A DNA stretch of 21,029 bases from a virus, in UHGV virus genome UHGV-1794847; one strand, 5' to 3'. The translations under genes were made by a program, and so were the position numbers. The notes beneath the pieces are model-generated. The model searched no databases, had not been told where the DNA came from, and saw only the letters and a program-made list of their open reading frames with translations. Positions 15,601 to 21,029 of this stretch are shown one piece after another (positions within the stretch are counted from its first letter, which is position 1; each line of letters begins with the position of its first letter).

Positions 15601-15928
15601 CAGGCTGATTCAGCAAGCTCATATGCACCATTGTACGCATATTGTTGTTTGCATCTACAAGTTGTGCATACAACTGCTCACCATTATTTAAGCCTGTCAA
15701 GACTTTCATATTTTGCTCAATGACAGCCATGCGACGTTGAATTGACGCAAAGCTTGGCACAGTAATGCTTGTTGTGCTTCTATCATCATTTGTCAATGTT
15801 ATTGTGACTGTATCTTCTGATGATGACACTGCAGCTTGCAACACATCAAGATATTGCAGACTGTTATTGTACAGTTGCTTGATGTCTGCCAGCAATTGTT
15901 GCATTGCATTTGTTGAAACTTCTGACAT
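12623..15928 (-). CDS. Large hypothetical protein (about 1101 aa), probable virion structural protein
   Basis: The track start 15976 is TTG; first ATG at 15926..15928 (MSEVSTNAMQQLL). Beta-rich S/T/N/V composition with a central predicted coiled-coil segment (SRILSLYNQKRAVQQEMSVLDSDIASVMSKL...); no ATPase or enzymatic motif seen. Confidence 0.8.
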   Translation of the reverse strand: MSEVSTNAMQQLLADIKQLYNNSLQYLDVLQAAVSSSEDTVTITLTNDDRSTTSITVPSFASIQRRMAVIEQNMKVLTGLNNGEQLYAQLVDANNNMRTMVHMSLLNQPETLKTLQGTIAEDNNVVALGNDMFERTTALGMHVQIDVTGQASSYLKQCQVTKYICSDAMFAALQQIVAQTDIEMSHAALLAEIDAHGWHTDDDYTLEDFTVNLRPRRAASSGSFKILKKQNANNGTIAVKLDSIVYDAIDAKVAGSLTLKVGDTLSDPTGSVLLQIVSIDKLSQTCILQRTAGLNALNVEVTDLVFVEPIVRKVVEVPLRHSEKFVLFLSPVHDAYNTVAQYSPAVLIDTATLTIRTATNELVNANSYMLSHGDASIGAYIAALTTDMLAPSQYAIKPNRLQLSAESFKVIQLNTHLIDNTDKSRILSLYNQKRAVQQEMSVLDSDIASVMSKLNTNNFKNDVERQKASTQYVTLTQQRAERLQTLTNIIDEMLNINGAAYDALYNPKFRVRGFLPVQDPAISRFTAAQNIVQFKVQYRYASLNGTVAKADTFDIENAAGTITTAAFSTWNEVFTPLRRKIIVDGSIQWEPINSESIDAISCNQLEIPISANEIVQFRVKAIGEAGYPNVLNESEWSNIVSIQFPESLAASAMFVTLKDELAIDKQNVALENMLENKGLIKHIADAFSENNIYYAHNAQNIASGFFTSELAKVTTYEKLLSLSNEVAQLKDIILNQGSMLRVAIVDDEGNQTEILNGSSNVLFAGTYADKFDITSADNYGKVLTRQYWLKFYNIGAENISLYPRYHGDLSQHITDKLQDFADVYDVPVVLNSDAYDSNDILAPYGTRQYMGQTLYAGLKNVAGTEKLYVAAETPSSSTVETQNIDTSAQAANRKFVHKNDDDYEAIALKSTVSPDAYNLMSVQHPAWIAYSANKNEQTKAALTAAFAELAKFNSVIKSKYQQILPLELTAENAPKCAFTDNDVYAVGANSRGAFLLLNPTTVNQMQVSNSTDSAAYVVKPGENNALLIPLLFQARMTDAVGSSDIDSNTQQNKLSYTKTMNFICYIGGKEFTFDIKVYADFRSTTSIIGTIPVASITSIVR

Positions 15929-15953
15929 ATGCTTAAATGTAATTTGTTCTTGT

Positions 15954-16005
15954 TTTTGATGCAAGATGCAAAACAATTAAAATTGTTTTGATGCAAAATG
16001 CAAAA
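15954..16005 (-). repeat. Two 20-bp direct repeats TTTTGATGCAA(G/A)ATGCAAAA, 32 bp apart, upstream of the large gene
   Basis: Copies at 15954..15973 and 15986..16005 with one mismatch; sense-strand reading TTTTGCAT(C/T)TTGCATCAAAA, 26 to 77 nt upstream of ATG 15928. Confidence 0.6.
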
Positions 16006-16030
16006 ATCTGTTAGATTTTTGATATGTACA

Positions 16031-16067
16031 AACAAAAAGACTGCTGCAAATTATTGCAGCAGTCTTT
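16031..16067 (-). terminator. Intrinsic terminator downstream of gene 16086..16979
   Basis: Perfect 12-bp stem agactgctgcaa (16038..16049) / ttgcagcagtct (16054..16065), 4-nt loop, plus-strand A-run 16034..16037 giving a T-run after the hairpin on the minus strand. Confidence 0.7.
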
Positions 16068-16085
16068 AATAATTGCTTGTTTATG

Positions 16086-16979
16086 CTATGTCAATGCAAT
16101 GAAGACATCACCAGACTGTTCAGCTTCAAGCTCTTTTTCGACTTGTTGTTGCATTGTTTGACCTTTTGATGCAAGTCTATCAAAGTTAATGCGAACATTG
16201 CCAGGCAACTTGAAGTCATATGTGCCAATGATATCTGCAAGTTCTTGCATGCATTGACCTGTGCAGTATCTCAAGAAACGTCTGTCTTCATACAATGACT
16301 GCAGTGGCACTCTTACCCAACACATCAACACCAAATCAGACCCTTCATTATCACCAAGAATGTTCAGCTTATGACTAAATCTGTTGAAGTTATATGTGAT
16401 TGTTCGTTGTAGAATGCTTTCATATGTGCCAATTTCATACATTGTCACCCACAAGTCATCTGCAATTGATGCATTTTGAGAACCTGCAGGTCCAGCGTAG
16501 TTAAATGACACACCATTTGCCTCACTGTAGAAATTGATTGAATTGCTAAGCAGTCGTTCAAGATAGAAATTTGCACGCCGCATTGACAGTTTATGCTGCG
16601 ATTCAAGTAGCTGAACATCTGATACAGCCCAGATTTGTGGCGGCAATTTGACAATTTTGTTTGCGCCATCAGTCATGTCAATATCGCGAACAACAAACCA
16701 GCGCTCTTCAAGAGCAGACTCAGAATGTTCAAAAAACCATTCTGCACAAGTCTCAATGATTTGTGGCATACGAGTCTTCGGAATTGCAAATGGCAATGCA
16801 CAGCCTCGTGTGACTTCTTGTACAAGTCGCTCAATAAATCGCAAGTCTACGCTGTAGTCATATCGAGAATTGATATTTTCGACTTCAGGCTTATTGCACT
16901 CATTTGTTGTTGCGCCTTCGACTTTCCAAGAAGTTGCGCCGTCATTGATTGGTGGTGCTGGTTTACGTTGAACTTTCAT
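16086..16979 (-). CDS. Hypothetical protein (297 aa)
   Basis: ATG at 16977..16979 (MKVQRKPAPP); stop at 16086 followed by a terminator. Confidence 0.75.
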   Translation of the reverse strand: MKVQRKPAPPINDGATSWKVEGATTNECNKPEVENINSRYDYSVDLRFIERLVQEVTRGCALPFAIPKTRMPQIIETCAEWFFEHSESALEERWFVVRDIDMTDGANKIVKLPPQIWAVSDVQLLESQHKLSMRRANFYLERLLSNSINFYSEANGVSFNYAGPAGSQNASIADDLWVTMYEIGTYESILQRTITYNFNRFSHKLNILGDNEGSDLVLMCWVRVPLQSLYEDRRFLRYCTGQCMQELADIIGTYDFKLPGNVRINFDRLASKGQTMQQQVEKELEAEQSGDVFIALT

Positions 16980-17003
16980 GCTTGATAACGTTGAACTTTC
17001 ATG
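16965..17003 (-). repeat. 16-bp direct repeat acgttgaactttcatg duplicating the start region of gene 16086..16979
   Basis: Copies at 16965..16980 and 16988..17003; the upstream copy creates a second ATG (17000..17002) opening an 8-codon ORF MKVQRYQA whose TGA (16976..16978) overlaps the main ATG. Confidence 0.7.
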
Positions 17004-17188
17004 TGTCTTGTATATGGTCTACGGTGTGTGAAACACTCTACGGTATGATGTTGAAATTGACTGCAAGCAACAATGATGTGACATCTTCGCCCAATAGAAA
17101 TGAACCTGTAGCAAAACCAACGGCATCAAGTTGATTTGTAAACGTGCTCAGCGGCAATGTCAGTATGATGTAGCCTAACTTAACAGAG

Positions 17189-17198
17189 CCCCCCCCCC
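17189..17198. repeat. Homopolymeric C10 tract (G10 on minus strand) in the 287-bp intergenic region
   Basis: cccccccccc at 17189..17198 within otherwise AT-rich non-coding sequence 16980..17266. Confidence 0.8.
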
Positions 17199-17266
17199 GT
17201 GTTTTGCGAGCGATAGTGGTCTTGAGTTACATGTGACATATATGAAATGTTTGTTTGAATATGTAT

Positions 17267-17878
17267 TTATGGTGTAACAATCGGTCCGCCACCAGGCAAA
17301 CTTGAACATGTTTGCATGTATGTATACAACAAATTTCCTGCGTTTTGCATAATGTTTGCGAACATCAATGCAATGCCGCGCAAATCAGCTTCGCCTTCAA
17401 ATGTGTTGATAAATGCTTGCTGAGCGCATGCAAACATTACTGGCACAGTAGATGCACTTGTCATTGCTATCACAGGTCCGCCAGGCGACAAGGGCAACAC
17501 CGGTGGCGATGCTGGCACAGTTAAGTTTGTTGGAATCCATGCTGCAACTGCTGCAGCATAAGGCTTAAAGCCATTGCCAAACTTTATTGCAATGTTCTTT
17601 GGGTCTGATTCACCTTGAAAAGTTTCTATAAGTGCTTGTCTACCTGCTTCAAATAGAGATTGCTCAAGTGTAGCAGTTGGACCTGCAGTTATTGGACCGC
17701 CGACAGGCAAACCTGTGCAAGTTGCAATGTAGCTTGCTACACCCGTAGCAAACAATTGACTGAATTTGTTGGCAAACTTTGTCGCAATTTGCGGTCTATC
17801 AAGCTCACCTTGAAAAGTTGCAGTGTATGCTTGATATGCAATGGGCTGCACAGCAGCTTGCAATGTAGCGCCTGGCAT
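17267..17878 (-). CDS. Triple-repeat protein (three ~65-aa repeats)
   Basis: ATG at 17876..17878. Repeats share TF(Q/E)GE.D....IA.KF.N ... LP.GGPI; the DNA shows three degenerate ~200-bp tandem repeats. Confidence 0.7.
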   Translation of the reverse strand: MPGATLQAAVQPIAYQAYTATFQGELDRPQIATKFANKFSQLFATGVASYIATCTGLPVGGPITAGPTATLEQSLFEAGRQALIETFQGESDPKNIAIKFGNGFKPYAAAVAAWIPTNLTVPASPPVLPLSPGGPVIAMTSASTVPVMFACAQQAFINTFEGEADLRGIALMFANIMQNAGNLLYTYMQTCSSLPGGGPIVTP

Positions 17879-17879
17879 G

Positions 17880-18161
17880 TCAGATTAGCAATTGAGCAGC
17901 AACTGCACCAAGTGCAGCAGACATGAATGATTGCGCAATATATGACAAACTCCAGCAGCGTTCTACTACATAGAGTTTTGACAAGCCACATGCAATGATA
18001 TCAAGTGCGACTGCACACAATGTAACTACAAATAAATGTGTACGCTGTGGAATCTCTACTATGTCATATGTTACAAGTGTTGTTACAAATGCAATAAAAC
18101 TAACCATAACGCAATGCAACATTGCAGTCATTAAGCGTTCAATGAAATGTTGACTGTTCAT
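17880..18161 (-). CDS. Small hydrophobic membrane protein (93 aa)
   Basis: ATG at 18159..18161; stop TGA at 17880..17882, one nt from the next ATG; predominantly hydrophobic with about 3 predicted TM segments. Confidence 0.55.
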   Translation of the reverse strand: MNSQHFIERLMTAMLHCVMVSFIAFVTTLVTYDIVEIPQRTHLFVVTLCAVALDIIACGLSKLYVVERCWSLSYIAQSFMSAALGAVAAQLLI

Positions 18162-18163
18162 AT

Positions 18164-19042
18164 TTAGTCTTGGCCTTTATCAATTGTGGCAATTTTTGAC
18201 AGAGTTTCAGGCAAAAAGTCTGAGTCTTTCTTATGCGTGTTATTTGATGGCTGCTGCACTTTTGCAGGATACGTGCCAAATACAGGTGCAAGTGGGCTTG
18301 TGTATGGGTTGCCTTGAGCTGTCGTCTGGAGCTGCTTCATAACTTCTGCAAGATTATCTACAACTTCTTTCACATAGTCAAGAACATTTTGATGCGCAGT
18401 TTTGTTGTCATCTCCAACTACGCAAGGCTGTTCTGATTTATCTGTGCTACCAAAGCTCAAGTGACCATCAGCAGTCATATGAATGACGCCATTTTTATCA
18501 GCGTCAGTAGTCATATGAATTGATTTATCCTTACGCAAATTGATGTCTGTGCCATTGTAGTGAATATGCCATCCTTGCTCTGGTGTCCACCATATGCCAA
18601 ACTTGCCCTCAGCACCATATCGTTCAGCATCATCATAGACTACAATCTTTGCTTTGGCGTTTTCATCACCAATGACGTCTTTTGCGATATCTGAACGAGA
18701 ATCAAGATGCAGCCAAGTCATATTGTAGACGCCTCGACTCAAATCAAGCATGACCCAATCGCCAACAATTGGCGCATCATACATGTTCATCATGCTGCTA
18801 TCTGCATAGCACCATGGCAGCTTGTCTGTAGCAATTTCATTGTCAGCAAATCGAGTAAAGCCATCAATTTGACAGCGGATACGACATTGTAACATGTCAT
18901 CATCAACATCAACAACTTCACCAATGAGCTTAACAGGCATACCCTCTGTCAAAGACCCAATTGATGATGCAGTTATTGATGCATTGTATGCTGATATCTT
19001 TTCAAACAGCTCTTCTTGAGTAACAAGCAACATATCAGACAT
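18164..19042 (-). CDS. Hypothetical protein (292 aa), possibly virion-associated
   Basis: ATG at 19040..19042 overlapping the upstream TAA (TAATG). Contains duplicated SIHMTTDAD / VIHMTADGH segments; function not recognised. Confidence 0.7.
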   Translation of the reverse strand: MSDMLLVTQEELFEKISAYNASITASSIGSLTEGMPVKLIGEVVDVDDDMLQCRIRCQIDGFTRFADNEIATDKLPWCYADSSMMNMYDAPIVGDWVMLDLSRGVYNMTWLHLDSRSDIAKDVIGDENAKAKIVVYDDAERYGAEGKFGIWWTPEQGWHIHYNGTDINLRKDKSIHMTTDADKNGVIHMTADGHLSFGSTDKSEQPCVVGDDNKTAHQNVLDYVKEVVDNLAEVMKQLQTTAQGNPYTSPLAPVFGTYPAKVQQPSNNTHKKDSDFLPETLSKIATIDKGQD

Positions 19043-20472
19043 TACATTGAATCTTCATACACGTTGATGCGACCAAGCTTTGGCAGTTTTTCTTGGTCTG
19101 GTTCATACACAGGATTTGCAAGTGCTTTCTGTGATAAGCTGTCATCATATTTTGCTACTGCAGACCCTTTGAGCAATTGCTTTGCTCTTGAATATGCAAA
19201 CTGTGGATTTGTCAATGCTGCAATTTCAACAGCATTCAAGCCATAGACATTGCCAACAGTCTTGCCAACAAGTATTCGACTTGCTTGCATATTGATTTCA
19301 GCCAACGCATTTGCTGCAGTAGACAAAGCAAATTCTTTTGCATATTCAAGTGCTTCTTTAGCAGCTTTGTTAACTGCATCTTTAAGCAATTGTTTGACAG
19401 ACTGGCCTTTCATTGTCGACACAACTTGCTGCGTAATCTTGCCATACTTGCTATCTTTTGCAAGCTTGACAAATTGCTGGCCATAAGTCTCTTTCTTTTT
19501 CTCAACTGTTTCTGACGTATCAGTGTCACTAAGAAGTTTTTGAGACTGCACTACAAGGCCTTTGTGACTATCTTTCATTGCTGCAAATGCAGATGAAATT
19601 GACAATGTGCCATATGACACTTTGATGTTGTTTGTCGCCATTGTAGGCTCAGCAGTGTTGTCTATATCTTGCACAAAGTTTGCGCCAGAATCAGGCATAA
19701 ACGCGCATTGACCAAAGTTGAAAAGCACATACTGTCCAGCATTGATTACGACTGCAATGTCATCAGGTCTTGCCATTTGAGTTGATGATAACACGCCTTC
19801 TATTCGTGCTTGCTGAATTGCTTTGATGTCTTCGCCGTAGTTTGCAACTTCTGTTCTCGTATCACCAAAACTGTGCTCAGACATACCAAGCATTTGCTCA
19901 ACTTCATTGTCAAGCTTGAGTGACTTATCATCTGCAAGTTCTTCTTGGAATATGCGAACTTCTGTTACATACACAAACATGTTGAAGCGTTGCAAGTTCA
20001 GTGGTAGCACATAGACCATGCGGTCGTAGTCATATAACACTTGCTTGAGCAGCGTGTTAATTGTTGCAAATCGCCAGTCAATGCTTTCTGTCACAGTAAG
20101 CCCAACGGTTTTGTCATTCAAAATGACTTCTTTCATTGTTCGCTTATATGCATCAGCAAGTCCTTGAATGCCTGTAAAGCAATGAAATGCAGAGTCCTGA
20201 ATTGCTTGCAGCATCTTTATGACAATTTCAAGCTGTGCATATCGTGTTTCATCGCCAATTCGCTTCAAATATGCCAATGCGCTGTTCTTAAACTTAGCAT
20301 CTGCAAGTAAACCCATTTCAGAGTCAAAGTTAAAGAACACTCTGAATGTCAAATATGTTGGGTCTTGATATGCATTGCACAACACACCATTTATGACCTC
20401 TGGGTCAAGTGACATGAACTGGTATACACCATTGAACATGTCTATGCGTGAAGTTGCGTGATTTGATGGCAT
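19042..20472 (-). CDS. Hypothetical protein (476 aa), possibly virion-associated
   Basis: ATG at 20470..20472, first gene after terminator 20529..20561; no Walker A or other catalytic motif seen. Confidence 0.75.
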   Translation of the reverse strand: MPSNHATSRIDMFNGVYQFMSLDPEVINGVLCNAYQDPTYLTFRVFFNFDSEMGLLADAKFKNSALAYLKRIGDETRYAQLEIVIKMLQAIQDSAFHCFTGIQGLADAYKRTMKEVILNDKTVGLTVTESIDWRFATINTLLKQVLYDYDRMVYVLPLNLQRFNMFVYVTEVRIFQEELADDKSLKLDNEVEQMLGMSEHSFGDTRTEVANYGEDIKAIQQARIEGVLSSTQMARPDDIAVVINAGQYVLFNFGQCAFMPDSGANFVQDIDNTAEPTMATNNIKVSYGTLSISSAFAAMKDSHKGLVVQSQKLLSDTDTSETVEKKKETYGQQFVKLAKDSKYGKITQQVVSTMKGQSVKQLLKDAVNKAAKEALEYAKEFALSTAANALAEINMQASRILVGKTVGNVYGLNAVEIAALTNPQFAYSRAKQLLKGSAVAKYDDSLSQKALANPVYEPDQEKLPKLGRINVYEDSM

Positions 20473-20528
20473 ATTGTGTATAGTTTGCTTTCTTAATTTT
20501 TGGATATATACACATGCTCAAACTGCAC

Positions 20529-20561
20529 AAAAAAACTTCGCATCAATAACTTGATGCGAAG
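20529..20561 (-). terminator. Intrinsic terminator downstream of the partial gene 20580..21029
   Basis: Perfect 11-bp stem cttcgcatcaa (20536..20546) / ttgatgcgaag (20551..20561), loop taac, plus-strand A7 run 20529..20535 giving a T-run after the hairpin on the minus strand. Confidence 0.7.
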
Positions 20562-20579
20562 TGTACTCAATGTAATATG

Positions 20580-21029
20580 CTAACGACCGTAGCTGTATGC
20601 ATTTGCTTTATCAGCATTTGCTTTACGTACATTGTTTCGTTGAGTTTGACTACGAATTGCTTTCTTATTGCCAGACGCCTCAAGTGCAGCATTGTACTGC
20701 TTAACTGCTGCATTGAGCTCATTTACAAATTGCTGTGTATTGCATTGTTCAAGCAACAGCATGTCAGATGTCAATTGTGTTGACTCAGTATTATCATTGA
20801 GCTGCTCCAAATCACGACAATTGTAATATGTGGTGACGTCATCATCTGTAATGCTGACACAAGTTGATGCAAATGCCACTGTAGGCTTAGCAATGTTGCA
20901 TTCATATTCATAGTATTTGACGTCTTGATAGTCATATCCACCACTCAAGCGCTTAACTTTGACATTATTGCGAACTTGTTCTACTTTCTGAATGTTTGCT
21001 ATCTGTGCAAGCTGTGCATACTTAGATGC
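20580..21029 (-). CDS. Hypothetical protein, partial (5' end beyond window edge)
   Basis: The frame of track ORF 20580..20948 stays open upstream to 21029 (ASKYAQLAQIANIQKVEQVRNNVKVKR then LSGGYDYQDV...); the track's M at 20948 is a TTG codon, so the true start is probably outside the window. Confidence 0.55.
   Translation of the reverse strand, partial: ASKYAQLAQIANIQKVEQVRNNVKVKRLSGGYDYQDVKYYEYECNIAKPTVAFASTCVSITDDDVTTYYNCRDLEQLNDNTESTQLTSDMLLLEQCNTQQFVNELNAAVKQYNAALEASGNKKAIRSQTQRNNVRKANADKANAYSYGR

Noticed and set aside
16980-17266. tRNA or other structured RNA gene in the long intergenic region
   Set aside because: No T-loop-like GGTTCGA or cloverleaf-compatible pairing found by eye; cannot be excluded without a covariance-model scan.
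17880-18161. Holin
   Set aside because: Small and hydrophobic, but it lacks the typical charged C-terminal tail and no endolysin could be identified nearby; kept only as a membrane protein.

Overview
This window reads as a densely packed segment of a tailed dsDNA bacteriophage genome, with 26 of 27 supported coding regions on the minus strand, short or overlapping gene junctions (ATGA, TAATG) and five hairpin-plus-T-run intrinsic terminators. No gene start has a Shine-Dalgarno motif. The clearest content is a replication and nucleotide-metabolism module containing a family-B DNA polymerase encoded as two separate genes: an N-terminal exonuclease/motif A part (6696..8201) and a C-terminal motif B/motif C part (2136..3428). 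About 3.3 kb lies between them, carrying a dUTPase-like gene, a MazG-like pyrophosphohydrolase, a protein with an SSB-like acidic C-terminal tail, a repeat-containing endonuclease-like ORF and an internal terminator. A block of small unknown ORFs follows (8213..12129), then a lone plus-strand acidic ORF, a roughly 1100-aa protein and a probable virion/structural block with two internally repeated proteins. A GTTGTACAATA element recurs upstream of both polymerase halves and a third gene. All functional calls rest on motifs read by eye from the translations; no database search was run. The ORF track appears to render TTG/GTG starts as M, so several starts are re-set to the first in-frame ATG, and both window edges cut through minus-strand ORFs.
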